Shown here one piece after another: positions 21,565 through 32,324 of a stretch of 64,000 nt of DNA. A program made the position numbers and the translations under genes. Position 1 is the stretch's first letter. Each line of letters starts with the position of its first letter. Under the pieces are notes generated by a model. That model ran no database searches and was not told where the DNA came from. It saw only the letters and a program-made list of their open reading frames with translations. The stretch is from Clostridiaceae bacterium (GTDB lineage Bacteria > Bacillota > Clostridia > DSM-8532): NCBI GenBank assembly GCA_012839205.1, contig DUNT01000050.1, positions 3,965-67,964 on the forward strand, given 5' to 3'.

Positions 21565-23337
21565 ATGAATGATATGATAAAAACTGATAATATTTATTAT
21601 GAATATATGACACAAAATGAAGATGGCATTGCTGTACAGGCTGTCAAAGGCGTTTCTATGTCTATTAAGCAAGGTCAATTTGTTGTTGTGCTGGGACGAA
21701 ACGGTTCGGGAAAGTCAACTTTGGCAAGACTCTTAAATGGTCTTCTGATTCCCGGGAAAGGCACCGTTATTATTGACGGTATTGATACCCATAATGATGA
21801 ACTTATTTGGGAAGTAAGAAGAACCTTAGGTTTAGTTTTTCAGAATCCGGATAATCAGATTGTGGCTACAACAGTTGAAGAGGATGTGGCCTTCGGCCCC
21901 GAAAATTTGGGGATTTCTCCTGACGGGATAAGAAAAAGAGTGGATGATTCACTAAAAATGGTTGATATGGAGAAATACAGTGAATACTCACCCCACATGC
22001 TTTCAGGTGGCCAGAAACAGAGAATTGCAATAGCAGGTATACTCGCAATGGAACCAAAATGCATTGTTCTTGATGAAGCTACATCAATGCTGGATCCCCG
22101 TGGCCGTAAAGAGGTTATGGTTGTCTTAAAGAAACTGAACCGGGAAAAAGGCATTACTATTGTGCATATTACGCACCATATGGAAGAGGCTGTGGAAGCT
22201 GACCTTGTTATGGTTATGGAAGACGGCAGACTTGTATTAGCTGGAACTCCAAGGCAGATTTTCGAGAATGTTGAAGAACTAAGAAAAGCGGGACTTGATG
22301 TGCCTCAAATAACCGCTTTAGCTTATGATTTAAGAAAAAGCGGAGTAAGAATGGATGTACTTCCTTTGAATAAAGATGAAATGGTTAATACCATAAGACG
22401 TCTTATAAAAAGAAAAAACAGCAAAAGATTAATCTCATCTTCCAACCAAACTGAAAAAGAATATAATCCGGATAGCCCAATAATAAAAGTCCGGGATTTA
22501 AGCCATATTTATATGCAAGGTTCTGCTTTCCAACAAAAGGCATTGAATGGTATTAACCTGACAGTAAACAAAGGTGAGATTCTTGGTATTATAGGGCAGA
22601 CCGGTTCGGGAAAATCTACACTGGTCCAGCATTTTAACGGTATTTTAAAGGCTACTTCCGGAACTGTTGAGGTGGACGGCCTTAAGGCAGATGGAAAGGA
22701 TCTTAAAGAGCTTCGGCAGAAAGTAGGGCTAATTTTTCAATATCCTGAGCATCAGTTATTTGAAGAAACTGTATATAAGGATATTGTTTTTGGCCTGACA
22801 AGATTGGGTATAGATGCCCGGGAGATGAAAAAAAGAGTATTTCATGTAATTGATCTTTTAGGGATATCACCGGAGCTCCTTGATAAGTCACCTTTTGAGC
22901 TCTCCGGCGGGCAAAAGAGAAGAGTGGCAATTGCCGGTGTTCTGGTAATGAAACCTAAGGTACTGATACTTGATGAACCCACCGCTGGTTTGGATCCTCA
23001 AGGCAGTTTAGAAGTCTTTAAAATACTCTCCAGGCTTAATCAACAGGAAGGAACCACCATAATAATAATATCTCATAATATGGAGGAAATTGCAGCTTTT
23101 TGCCACCGTGTAGCTGTAATGAACAAAGGCAGACTGGTTTTCTGCGATACTGCTTCAAATGTTTTTTCGAGATATGAAGAATTAAGAAGTTATAATCTTG
23201 ATATTCCTAAAATAACTGATCTATTCAGGGAACTTCATGATTTAGGTTATAATCTTCCTAAGACTGTGTTGACAGTAGAGGAGGCCAGGGACTCAATTTT
23301 AGGTGTGATTGATGCTGAGACGGGGGGGATGGAATAA
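21565..23337 (+). CDS. ecfA: Fused ECF-transporter ATPase EcfA1-EcfA2 (two ABC ATPase domains in one polypeptide)
   Basis: Two Walker A motifs (GRNGSGKST, GQTGSGKST) and two signature motifs (LSGGQKQR, LSGGQKRR), joined by a basic/Ser-rich linker KRKNSKRLISSSNQTEKEY. Followed by ecfT. Start alternatives are 21556, 21565 and 21574. Confidence 0.9.
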   Translation: MNDMIKTDNIYYEYMTQNEDGIAVQAVKGVSMSIKQGQFVVVLGRNGSGKSTLARLLNGLLIPGKGTVIIDGIDTHNDELIWEVRRTLGLVFQNPDNQIVATTVEEDVAFGPENLGISPDGIRKRVDDSLKMVDMEKYSEYSPHMLSGGQKQRIAIAGILAMEPKCIVLDEATSMLDPRGRKEVMVVLKKLNREKGITIVHITHHMEEAVEADLVMVMEDGRLVLAGTPRQIFENVEELRKAGLDVPQITALAYDLRKSGVRMDVLPLNKDEMVNTIRRLIKRKNSKRLISSSNQTEKEYNPDSPIIKVRDLSHIYMQGSAFQQKALNGINLTVNKGEILGIIGQTGSGKSTLVQHFNGILKATSGTVEVDGLKADGKDLKELRQKVGLIFQYPEHQLFEETVYKDIVFGLTRLGIDAREMKKRVFHVIDLLGISPELLDKSPFELSGGQKRRVAIAGVLVMKPKVLILDEPTAGLDPQGSLEVFKILSRLNQQEGTTIIIISHNMEEIAAFCHRVAVMNKGRLVFCDTASNVFSRYEELRSYNLDIPKITDLFRELHDLGYNLPKTVLTVEEARDSILGVIDAETGGME

Positions 23338-24137
23338 TGATAGATAATATTACATTAGGTCAATATATTCCTGGTAATTCAATCCTCCATCGCCTTGATC
23401 CGAGAACAAAAATATTTTGGACCACATTGCTTATGGTGGCAACATTTTTAATAGAATCATGGGCCGAATATTTGATGATGGGATTATTTATTCTTTTACT
23501 TCTGTTAATAAGCGGCGTTCCCATCAGGCAATCAATTAAAGGTGTGAAACCTTTATTATTCATTCTGGCCATAACTGCAGTATTGAACATATTCTTTACA
23601 GGCGGAACACCTGTTTTTGAAATCGGGCCTGTAAAGGTAACTTATGAGGGAATATTTGCAGCAATAAAGCTGTTTTTAAGGTTGCTGATGCTGGTAATAA
23701 CAGCTTCGCTGATGACAATTACAACAACCCCTATGACTATGACAGACGGAATAGAAAAACTATTAAAACCTTTTGAGAGGATAGGAGTTCCGGCTCATGA
23801 AATAGCAATGATGATGTCCATAGCTTTGAGGTTTATCCCTACTTTACTTGATGAAACCAATCGGATAATGAAAGCACAGGCATCACGGGGTGCAAATTTT
23901 GATACCGGCAGCATTTTTTCACGAATAAAGAGCTTTATCCCGGTTCTGGTTCCGCTATTTGTAAGTGCATTTAAGAGAGCCGATGAATTAGCAGAAGCAA
24001 TGGAATCCAGATGTTATCGCGGGGGGAAGGGAAGGACCAGGCTTAAGGAGATTCACTATTCGAAACTGGATTTTTCAGTAAGTTTAGCCGGGATAGCTTT
24101 GTTAGGCATAATATTCAGTGGACGGTTTTTTCTGTGA
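23337..24137 (+). CDS. ecfT: ECF transporter transmembrane component EcfT
   Basis: 266-aa membrane protein. The LHRLDPRTK N-terminal motif and the ARG-type coupling helices (QASRGANF, ESRCYRGG) are typical of EcfT. The start overlaps the ecfA stop. Confidence 0.9.
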   Translation: MIDNITLGQYIPGNSILHRLDPRTKIFWTTLLMVATFLIESWAEYLMMGLFILLLLLISGVPIRQSIKGVKPLLFILAITAVLNIFFTGGTPVFEIGPVKVTYEGIFAAIKLFLRLLMLVITASLMTITTTPMTMTDGIEKLLKPFERIGVPAHEIAMMMSIALRFIPTLLDETNRIMKAQASRGANFDTGSIFSRIKSFIPVLVPLFVSAFKRADELAEAMESRCYRGGKGRTRLKEIHYSKLDFSVSLAGIALLGIIFSGRFFL

Positions 24138-24164
24138 AATTATTTATAATACTATCAATTATTA

Positions 24165-24485
24165 TTGATAATTTTTAATAAAAAAGTTAGGATTATAATT
24201 AAGAGATATTATTATATTTGCGGGGGATTTACATTGAAGACTAACATTAGAGCAGAGGTAATAAGAAATGAAAGCTTTGATCCATACTTTGTTGTGAAGG
24301 TTTCATATAATGACGGTATTAATAAATTTTTTGATGAAGTTGTATCGGTTGAGAGAAAGCCGCCAAAAGTTACTGTTAAATACCCTGAGAGCATAAAAAA
24401 AATAATTGATAAAATAGATGTAAAGAAAATAGAGATTGAGATAATGAAAGCTATTGTTGAAAGTCTGTTAAGCTCTAATCGTTAG
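24165..24485 (+). CDS. Hypothetical small protein (start uncertain)
   Basis: Open frame of 106 aa in an AT-rich context, with no recognisable motif. A later TTG near 24234 is possible. Confidence 0.3.
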   Translation: MIIFNKKVRIIIKRYYYICGGFTLKTNIRAEVIRNESFDPYFVVKVSYNDGINKFFDEVVSVERKPPKVTVKYPESIKKIIDKIDVKKIEIEIMKAIVESLLSSNR

Positions 24486-24496
24486 CTGAAGGAGCC

Positions 24497-25189
24497 TTAT
24501 TCTAAGTATTCTCCTTTTTTTTGAACAAATAGTTTCATATTATTATCCACTGATGCATAAAAGACCTGCTTATAATCATTTATACCAAACTCTTTTAAAG
24601 CATTGTCGACCCATTCCCTTTTCAGATGCAGTCTCTCTAACGTCCTTCCCATAAGTTTCCCATCGATAATGATATCCCGGTCGAAGGATTCCGGCGGAAG
24701 ATCAATATTCAGGTCCTCAGGGGTTATTGCCCGTTTGTTTGACTTTAAAAGCACACTCAACTGGCCATTGGTTTCCAGAATTCCGTATTCAACATCATTT
24801 ACACTCTGAATACTATTGAATCTCAGCTGTTCCAAAAGATCATTAATGGTGTACATCTCCTTACGCATATTCTTTTCAAGTATTTTGCCATCCCTGATAA
24901 GGAGAACCGGTTTTCCACAGACAACCTCTCTTATTCGTACACCTTTAATTGATAAGAAAGAAATAAAAACCTGACATACTACTAATACAGCAATAGGTAT
25001 AACAGCATGATATAGATCTTTGCTTTCATCGGCCAGGGGAATTGCAGCAAGATCAGAAATCATAACCGCAATAGCGAATTCAAAAGGCTGAAGTTCACCT
25101 ATCTGCCGTTTACCCATAATTCGCATTGTAATTACAACTACAATATATATGAAAAAGGTCCTGATTATCAGCTGGGAAATCATGATCAT
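24497..25189 (-). CDS. DUF421 (YetF/YrbG-like) membrane protein
   Basis: 230 aa with N-terminal TM helices. The segment MGKRQIGELQPFEFAIAVMISDLAA is characteristic of DUF421 proteins (recalled). Confidence 0.7.
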   Translation of the reverse strand: MIMISQLIIRTFFIYIVVVITMRIMGKRQIGELQPFEFAIAVMISDLAAIPLADESKDLYHAVIPIAVLVVCQVFISFLSIKGVRIREVVCGKPVLLIRDGKILEKNMRKEMYTINDLLEQLRFNSIQSVNDVEYGILETNGQLSVLLKSNKRAITPEDLNIDLPPESFDRDIIIDGKLMGRTLERLHLKREWVDNALKEFGINDYKQVFYASVDNNMKLFVQKKGEYLE

Positions 25190-25274
25190 TAAGCCCTTCT
25201 GAAAGAATATACAATCCAGCAGATATTTTGAACCTTTTATAAAAATTTAATTCACAAAACCTTATGAACATTGT

Positions 25275-25835
25275 CTAAGACATTGTATGGAGCTTTTTAA
25301 TTAATTCATGCAATGGGGGACATTCTTCGCGAAGGAGCGAATAAAGTCGCAGATTATGGTATTTTCCCTGATTAAATGTTGCCTTTCTCATTGTACCTTC
25401 ATATGAGAAGCCGCACTTTTCGGCAACTCTTGCACTGCCGACATTTCCTTCCATGACGTTTACCTGGATGCGGTTAATGGGACGAATAGAAAACAGATAG
25501 GCGCAGAATATAAGCAATGCTTCGCTCATATAACCTTTACCTTCAAATCTTGAGTCAAACAGCTCATAACCGACCTCATAGCCGGACTGATAATCCAAAC
25601 CTTTGAAATATAGAAGCTCGCCCATGTATTCCTCTTGTGTGGAGAGTATTAACATACGCCCTTCCTCCATACCCCAGAACCCGGTACGATCGTATTCCTT
25701 TATAAATTCTTTAGCCGATGGAATGTTCAGATGCCAAAATGGTCCCTTGGAATTAATGTGGGTTATAAGCTGATAAATATGTTCTATCTCATGTGGGTAT
25801 ACAGTTCTCAGTATCACATTTTTTCCGTATATCAT
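25275..25835 (-). CDS. GNAT family N-acetyltransferase (RimJ/RimL-like)
   Basis: 186 aa. FEGKGYMSEAL...VNVMEGNVGSARVAEKCGFSYEGTMRKA is a GNAT core pattern. Confidence 0.75.
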   Translation of the reverse strand: MIYGKNVILRTVYPHEIEHIYQLITHINSKGPFWHLNIPSAKEFIKEYDRTGFWGMEEGRMLILSTQEEYMGELLYFKGLDYQSGYEVGYELFDSRFEGKGYMSEALLIFCAYLFSIRPINRIQVNVMEGNVGSARVAEKCGFSYEGTMRKATFNQGKYHNLRLYSLLREECPPLHELIKKLHTMS

Positions 25836-25951
25836 AAAGCTCTGCCTTTCGTTTATTATATAATTATAAACAAACTTGACTATGCTCTATTATATCATAT
25901 AATTTAATTAAATTAAGGCTTAGCCTACCATTGTTTTTCAAGGAGGTAATG

Positions 25952-26905
25952 ATGTATTATATCGGGATAGACCTTGGGGGTACCAAAATTAAAGCAGGTA
26001 TAGTAGACGAAGATGGCAGAATCATAAAAAAACATAGCATACCTACTGGCAGAACAAGAAAAAGCGAGGAAATTGTTAATGACATATGCAGGATAATAAA
26101 AATGTTGCTGGAGGATACAAACATTTCTGAAGCTGACATCTGTAGCGTAGGTATCGGAAGTCCCGGTTCATTGGACAGAGAACGGGGCGTTATTATTGCT
26201 AACTTTAATTTAGGTTTCAGATATGTTGATATTCGGGATGCGATTCAGAAAGTTATATCGGTGCCGGTCTATGTCGAGAATGATGCCAACTGTGCGGCTG
26301 TTGCCGAAAGCATTGCTGGGGTTGCAAAAGGTTTGGATTATGCGGTGCTTATTACCATTGGAACTGGCATAGGCGGGGGTATAATCATTAATAATAAACT
26401 TTACATAGGGTCTAACGGTGCTGCTGCTGAATTAGGCCATATTGTTTTATGCATGAACGGTGAAGCCTGCACCTGCGGAAGAAATGGCTGTTGGGAAGCA
26501 TATTCTTCTGCTACTGCCCTCATCAGGCAAACTAAAGCGGCAGCTTTGGAGAATCCATCGTCCAAGATTTTAGAGCTTGTAGATAATGATATGGATAAGA
26601 TAGATGCAAAGACCGTGTTTGATGCAGCAAAATTAGGTGATGAAACGGCAATAAAAGTAGTTGACCGCTATATAGACATACTGGCTGAAGGCCTTGCCAA
26701 CATAGTGAATATATTTCAGCCTGATGTTATTGCAATTGGCGGTGGTGTTTCTAAAGAGGGAGAAAACCTTCTTGCTCCTTTAAGGGAGAAGATGAAAGGA
26801 AGAACATTTTTTGTCGGAGACTTAAAAAATACACAGATTGTTACAGCCAAAATGGGAAATGATGCGGGAATTGTCGGAGCGGCACTTATTTCCAAGAGGA
26901 TGTAA
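25952..26905 (+). CDS. glcK: ROK family glucokinase
   Basis: YIGIDLGGTKI ATP-binding motif. The ROK zinc motif GHIVLCMNGEACTCGRNGCWEAY is present. The ATG at 25952 lies 5 nt after AGGAGG. Confidence 0.85.
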   Translation: MYYIGIDLGGTKIKAGIVDEDGRIIKKHSIPTGRTRKSEEIVNDICRIIKMLLEDTNISEADICSVGIGSPGSLDRERGVIIANFNLGFRYVDIRDAIQKVISVPVYVENDANCAAVAESIAGVAKGLDYAVLITIGTGIGGGIIINNKLYIGSNGAAAELGHIVLCMNGEACTCGRNGCWEAYSSATALIRQTKAAALENPSSKILELVDNDMDKIDAKTVFDAAKLGDETAIKVVDRYIDILAEGLANIVNIFQPDVIAIGGGVSKEGENLLAPLREKMKGRTFFVGDLKNTQIVTAKMGNDAGIVGAALISKRM

Positions 26906-27015
26906 AATATAGACATCACTCACGGCACCATATAAAGTTAAACTGTACAAGGCAGGCGCAAGATTCTTCGCGATATCCATATCACATAAATGAATTTAAG
27001 TAGGGAGGAACCGCT

Positions 27016-27105
27016 GCCGATGTCATGCGTGAAGCGGAGCATGGACTGCGTAGCGGCGCGAATAATTTCCGGATGAAATTCCTGAGCGGCACGCATGACA
27101 TCGGC
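27016..27105. repeat. Perfect 16-bp inverted repeat enclosing a nested hairpin (structured palindromic element)
   Basis: GCCGATGTCATGCGTG (27016-27031) pairs with CACGCATGACATCGGC (27090-27105). An inner hairpin AATTTC-CGGAT-GAAATT sits between them. The element lies in the 294-nt glcK/truA spacer. Confidence 0.8.
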
Positions 27106-27199
27106 TAAAGGTTCCACATGGCGTATTCATAGCAATGACAGTGAAGGTCTTAAATGACAAAAAGTCCCCAGATGACAGCGCTGATTTGAGGTTAACAGA

Positions 27200-27934
27200 A
27201 TGAGAAAAATAAAACTGGTAATTGAATATGACGGCTCGGGTTACCATGGATGGCAGTACCAGAAAAATGCTCTTTCTGTACAGGAGGTTCTGGCGAAAGC
27301 CATAAAAAAGCTCACAAAAGAGGATGTAATGCCGGAGGGGGCAGGAAGGACTGATGCAGGAGTACACGCTTGCGGCCAGGTGGCCAGCTTCATTACCAAC
27401 TCATCTATACCTGCCGAAAAATTCACTCCAGCACTAAATTCATATCTTCCCGACGATGTATCCATAATAAAGTCGGAAGAAGCAGAATACGATTTTCATG
27501 CCCGATTTTCGGCTAAAGGGAAGCATTATAGGTATATAATCATAAACAGACCCCAAAAATCAGCTTTATTGGCCGATAAAGCATGGCATGTCCGGGAAGA
27601 CCTGGATTTTGATGCTATGAAAAAAGCTGCTGATTATTTTATCGGTCATCAATCCTTTAAAGCATTTTGTGCTTCAGGCCATAATGTAAAGACTTTTGAC
27701 AGGACAATATTTCACTCTCAATGGCACAGGGACGGGCAATTTTTAATATATGATACAAAAGGGGACGGTTTTCTTTATAATATGGTCAGAATTATGGTGG
27801 GAACCATGGTTGATATAGGGAAAGGGCGTTTCAGCCCCGAAGTAATTGAGGAAGCCATAAGAGACCAGCAGCGTAATTCAATAGGTGTAACTGCACCGCC
27901 GCAAGGTTTGTATTTAATGGAAGTTTTCTACTGA
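27200..27934 (+). CDS. truA: tRNA pseudouridine(38-40) synthase
   Basis: 244 aa, YDGSGYHGWQYQ...GRTDAGVHACGQV (catalytic Asp context). Confidence 0.93.
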   Translation: MRKIKLVIEYDGSGYHGWQYQKNALSVQEVLAKAIKKLTKEDVMPEGAGRTDAGVHACGQVASFITNSSIPAEKFTPALNSYLPDDVSIIKSEEAEYDFHARFSAKGKHYRYIIINRPQKSALLADKAWHVREDLDFDAMKKAADYFIGHQSFKAFCASGHNVKTFDRTIFHSQWHRDGQFLIYDTKGDGFLYNMVRIMVGTMVDIGKGRFSPEVIEEAIRDQQRNSIGVTAPPQGLYLMEVFY

Positions 27935-27952
27935 TCAAAGGGAGTAATTATT

Positions 27953-28210
27953 ATGCGTACCGTAGGTAAACTTATAAAAGGCACAACAGTATTATCAGAG
28001 CAGGTTTATGAAATTGATGACAATGAAGGCTCCTACCAGGAAAGGCTGGAAAAAAGTCTTGTTGGAGTTTGTAGCCTGTTGCAGATTGAGGTACCGCTTT
28101 GGCTGTCAAAGAATACCCGTGAATATGTAAGATACAGGAGAACTTCCTTTAATGCTGATCAGTTTATTAACCCTGTATTATTCGAAAGATTTGAAATCAA
28201 AGTTGAATAA
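27953..28210 (+). CDS. Hypothetical 85-aa protein
   Basis: Compact ORF 18 nt after truA behind a GGGAG RBS. No recognised motif. Confidence 0.45.
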   Translation: MRTVGKLIKGTTVLSEQVYEIDDNEGSYQERLEKSLVGVCSLLQIEVPLWLSKNTREYVRYRRTSFNADQFINPVLFERFEIKVE

Positions 28211-28264
28211 GAATTTAAACTCAATAGAAAAGAAAAAGTTTTTAGAAAAAACCGATATATCAGG

Positions 28265-28293
28265 TTGACTTTGGTCAACCCATATGTTACAAT
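28265..28293 (+). promoter_or_regulatory. Sigma-A type promoter for rpoBC (TTGACT-17 nt-TACAAT)
   Basis: -35 at 28265-28270, 17-nt spacer, -10 at 28288-28293. Leaves a leader of about 280 nt before rpoB. Confidence 0.55.
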
Positions 28294-28575
28294 TAAAAAC
28301 TGCATTATTATATATACAGGTATTGTATTATACACGTTTTGTTGTGCATCTGTACCATTATTTTTATAATATAATAGCACAATTGTATGAATGATACAAT
28401 ACATGTCAATAATCTTTAAGATGAAAAAAATAGATCGGGAGAATGATATCTTGAAGTTTTTACACGAGTCTATAACTTGCAAAAATTAGCTTTAACCAGA
28501 ATGGATTCGTTTCCCCCCATCTATATTTTTATGTCTTTTACACCAAAATATGCAGTTCATACGAGGTGATTATTA

Positions 28576-31500
28576 ATGGTCCATGAAGTAAAAACGGGCA
28601 GAACAAAAAGGATGAGTTTTGCTCGCATCAAAGAAGTCCTTGACATGCCAAACCTGATTGAGATTCAGAAGAACTCATACCAGTACTTTCTTGAAGAGGG
28701 CTTGAAAGATGTATTAAAAGATGTATCTCCTATCACCGATTACACCGGTAATCTGATTATGGAATTTATCGGCTACACTCTGGAGACCGATAATATTAAG
28801 TATTCGGTTGAAGAATGCAAGGAGAGAGACACAACCTATTCCGCACCTTTAAAAGTTAAGGTTCGCCTTATTAATAAGGAAACCGGTGAGGTTAAGGAAC
28901 AGGAAATATTTATGGGCGATTTCCCGCTGATGACCGAGACAGGAACCTTTGTCATAAACGGAGCAGAGCGTGTTATCGTAAGCCAGCTGGTTCGTTCTCC
29001 CGGCGTATATTACTCCAAGGAGAAGGATAAGCATGGAAACAATCTTTTTTCAAATACTGTTATTCCATACCGGGGAGCCTGGCTTGAATATGAAACAGAC
29101 TCAGCTGAGGTTATTTATGTTAGAATTGACCGGACAAGAAAGCTGCCCATTACTCAGTTCTTACGCGCGTTGGGGTATGGGACTGATGCTGAGCTGATTG
29201 GCCTGTTGGGAGAAGAGCCCAAGCTACTGGCCACCATAACAAAAGATGGAACAAAGAGCAGAGAAGAGGGTCTGTTCGAAGTATACAAACGTTTACGTCC
29301 CGGAGAGCCACCCACCGAAGAAAGCGCTTCTACTTTACTAAACAATTTATTTTTTGATCCCAGACGTTACGATCTTTCTAATGTAGGGCGTTATAAGTTC
29401 AATAAAAAGTTGGCACTGGCAAATCGTATCCGTAATCAGATAGCTGCTGAGGATATTAAGGATATAAACAGTAAAAAGGTTTTGGTTAAGGCCGGTCGGG
29501 AAATAAGTGAGGAAATGGCATGGGAAATCCAAAATTCCGGCATTAATACCGTTCATGTCGATGTGGAAGGCAGATCGGTAAAGGTTACAGGCAATCTTAC
29601 AGTTGATATTAAAGACTATATTCCGTTTGATCCGGCATTGGCTGGAATAAACGAGAAGGTTCGCTATGATGTACTTAAAACAATTCTGGACCAAAACAAA
29701 GATGCCGATGAATCTCAACTTATTGCGATTCTTAAAGAAAACAGTGATGCTCTGATGCCTAAGAATATTACCAAGGAAGACATAGTTGCAACTGTCAATT
29801 ATATTCTTAATCTTGACCACGGAATTGGGCATATAGATGATATTGACCATTTAGGCAACCGTCGCCTGCGCTCTGTTGGAGAGCTTCTGCAAAATCAGTT
29901 CCGCATAGGGCTTGCCCGTATGGAAAGGGTTGTAAGAGAGCGAATGACTATTCAGGATATTGATGCGGTTACCCCGCAGGCTCTTATAAACATTCGCCCT
30001 GTAGCAGCTGCAATAAAAGAGTTTTTTGGGTCCAGCCAATTATCCCAGTTTATGGATCAGACAAATCCCTTGGCCGAGCTGACACATAAGCGTCGTTTAA
30101 GTGCATTGGGTCCCGGAGGACTTTCCCGTGACCGTGCAAGTTTTGAGGTTCGTGACGTTCACCATTCTCACTATGGTCGTATGTGTCCCATAGAGACTCC
30201 TGAAGGTCCTAATATCGGCCTGATTGGTTCTTTAAGCACCTATGCCCGTATTAATGAATATGGTTTTATTGAAGCTCCTTATCGTAAGGTAGTAAACGGG
30301 CAGGTTACCGATATAACTGAATATATGACTGCTGATGTTGAGGATATCTATATGGTGGCAGAGGCAAACGAGCCTCTGGATGATGACGGGTACTTCATAA
30401 GCAAGCGTGTAGGCTGTCGTTACCAGGATCAGATTCTGGAAGTTGATAAAGAAAAGATAGACTATATGGATGTTTCTCCGAAACAATTGGTTTCAGTTGC
30501 TACCGCAATGATTCCTTTCCTTGAAAACGATGACGCCAACCGTGCTCTGATGGGTTCAAACATGCAGCGTCAGGCAGTTCCGCTGATAAAGCCTGAGACT
30601 CCTATTGTCGGTACGGGGATAGAATATCGTGCAGCCAAGGATTCAGGCGTGTGTGTAATAGCGAAAAATGACGGCGTGGTTGAAAAAGTTACAGCCGACG
30701 AAATAGTAGTTAAAACCAGCAATGGTCTGAAAGATTATTATAATTTGTTAAAATATAAGCGTTCCAATCAGGGCACCTGTATTAACCAAAGACCTATCGT
30801 CAGAAAAGGTGAAAAGGTAAAAGCAGGGGATGTCTTAGCTGATGGACCGTCAACTGATAACGGTGAAATCGCTCTTGGCAAGAATGTTCTTGTAGGGTTT
30901 ATGACCTGGGAAGGTTATAACTATGAGGATGCCATCCTGATTTCCGAAGAACTTGTACGTGATGATGTATATACTTCAATTCACATTGAGGAATACGAAT
31001 CAGAAGCCCGTGACACAAAACTGGGTCCGGAAGAAATAACCCGTGATATACCCAATGTAGGCGAGGATTCTTTGAAGGATCTGGATGAACGGGGAATAAT
31101 CAGAATTGGAGCGGAGGTTCGTTCTGGCGATATTCTGGTAGGTAAGGTTACACCTAAAGGTGAAACCGAACTTACTGCCGAAGAAAGACTGCTGCGGGCT
31201 ATATTCGGTGAAAAAGCACGTGAAGTCCGTGATACTTCTTTAAGAGTTCCTCATGGTGAATCAGGTATTGTTGTCGATGTTAAGGTGTTTACCCGAGAAA
31301 ACGGCGATGAGCTGACTCCCGGTGTAAATATGCTTGTACGTGTTTATATTGCTCAAAAGAGAAAAATCTCTGTAGGCGACAAAATGGCCGGACGCCATGG
31401 TAATAAAGGCGTTATTTCAAGAATTCTGCCCATAGAGGATATGCCTTTCCTGCCTGATGGCACCCCTTTACAGATAGTATTGAATCCGTTGGGTGTTCCT

Positions 31501-32310
31501 TCCCGTATGAATATCGGACAGGTGCTGGAAGTGCATTTAGGTTATGCTGCCAAGGTTCTTGGCTGGAAGATTGCATCTCCTGTATTCGATGGGGCAAGAG
31601 AAGAGGACATTTTTGAAACCCTGGAGAAGGCTGGACTTCCGAAAGACGGTAAAACTGTTCTGTATGATGGCCGAACCGGGGAACCTTTCGATAATCGTGT
31701 AACAGTAGGTTATATGTATTACCTGAAATTGGCTCACCTGGTTGATGATAAGATTCATGCCCGTTCAACAGGACCTTATTCATTGGTAACTCAGCAGCCA
31801 TTGGGAGGAAAAGCCCAATTTGGCGGCCAGCGTTTCGGTGAGATGGAGGTTTGGGCTCTGGCAGCCTATGGAGCAGCTTATTCTCTCCAGGAAGTTCTTA
31901 CTGTTAAATCCGATGACGTGGTAGGACGTGTTAAAACCTATGAAGCAATTGTCAAGGGTGAAAATGTACCCGAACCCGGTATTCCGGAATCATTCAAAGT
32001 TCTTATGAAGGAGCTTCAGAGTCTTGCCCTGGATGTTAAGGTATTTAGCGATATGCGTGAGGAAATTGAGATAAAAGAATCGGTTTATGATGATATGGAA
32101 GAGCTTGATGTCAATATTGAAGGGCGTGAAGATGAGACCATGTCCTACATTGACCTGGAGGACGAGGAAGGTCAAAATATTATAGACGACGAGTTTGAGA
32201 TAGATTCACTGGACATCGGCGATATCCCGGAAGGTGCAGAACTGGACGAGGACAGTGTAGGACAGATTCTCGGCATAGAAGATGAAGATAATGCTGATGA
32301 TGAAATATAG
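28576..32310 (+). CDS. rpoB: DNA-directed RNA polymerase beta subunit
   Basis: 1244 aa with conserved blocks such as [22 protein letters not shown] and MNIGQVLE. Highly acidic C-terminal tail. Confidence 0.98.
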   Translation: MVHEVKTGRTKRMSFARIKEVLDMPNLIEIQKNSYQYFLEEGLKDVLKDVSPITDYTGNLIMEFIGYTLETDNIKYSVEECKERDTTYSAPLKVKVRLINKETGEVKEQEIFMGDFPLMTETGTFVINGAERVIVSQLVRSPGVYYSKEKDKHGNNLFSNTVIPYRGAWLEYETDSAEVIYVRIDRTRKLPITQFLRALGYGTDAELIGLLGEEPKLLATITKDGTKSREEGLFEVYKRLRPGEPPTEESASTLLNNLFFDPRRYDLSNVGRYKFNKKLALANRIRNQIAAEDIKDINSKKVLVKAGREISEEMAWEIQNSGINTVHVDVEGRSVKVTGNLTVDIKDYIPFDPALAGINEKVRYDVLKTILDQNKDADESQLIAILKENSDALMPKNITKEDIVATVNYILNLDHGIGHIDDIDHLGNRRLRSVGELLQNQFRIGLARMERVVRERMTIQDIDAVTPQALINIRPVAAAIKEFFGSSQLSQFMDQTNPLAELTHKRRLSALGPGGLSRDRASFEVRDVHHSHYGRMCPIETPEGPNIGLIGSLSTYARINEYGFIEAPYRKVVNGQVTDITEYMTADVEDIYMVAEANEPLDDDGYFISKRVGCRYQDQILEVDKEKIDYMDVSPKQLVSVATAMIPFLENDDANRALMGSNMQRQAVPLIKPETPIVGTGIEYRAAKDSGVCVIAKNDGVVEKVTADEIVVKTSNGLKDYYNLLKYKRSNQGTCINQRPIVRKGEKVKAGDVLADGPSTDNGEIALGKNVLVGFMTWEGYNYEDAILISEELVRDDVYTSIHIEEYESEARDTKLGPEEITRDIPNVGEDSLKDLDERGIIRIGAEVRSGDILVGKVTPKGETELTAEERLLRAIFGEKAREVRDTSLRVPHGESGIVVDVKVFTRENGDELTPGVNMLVRVYIAQKRKISVGDKMAGRHGNKGVISRILPIEDMPFLPDGTPLQIVLNPLGVPSRMNIGQVLEVHLGYAAKVLGWKIASPVFDGAREEDIFETLEKAGLPKDGKTVLYDGRTGEPFDNRVTVGYMYYLKLAHLVDDKIHARSTGPYSLVTQQPLGGKAQFGGQRFGEMEVWALAAYGAAYSLQEVLTVKSDDVVGRVKTYEAIVKGENVPEPGIPESFKVLMKELQSLALDVKVFSDMREEIEIKESVYDDMEELDVNIEGREDETMSYIDLEDEEGQNIIDDEFEIDSLDIGDIPEGAELDEDSVGQILGIEDEDNADDEI

Positions 32311-32324
32311 GAGGTGGACAGGCG

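Noticed and set aside
27023-27367. 114-aa minus-strand ORF
   Set aside because: It runs antisense across the truA start and the palindromic repeat. Its peptide comes from repeat sequence, so it is spurious.
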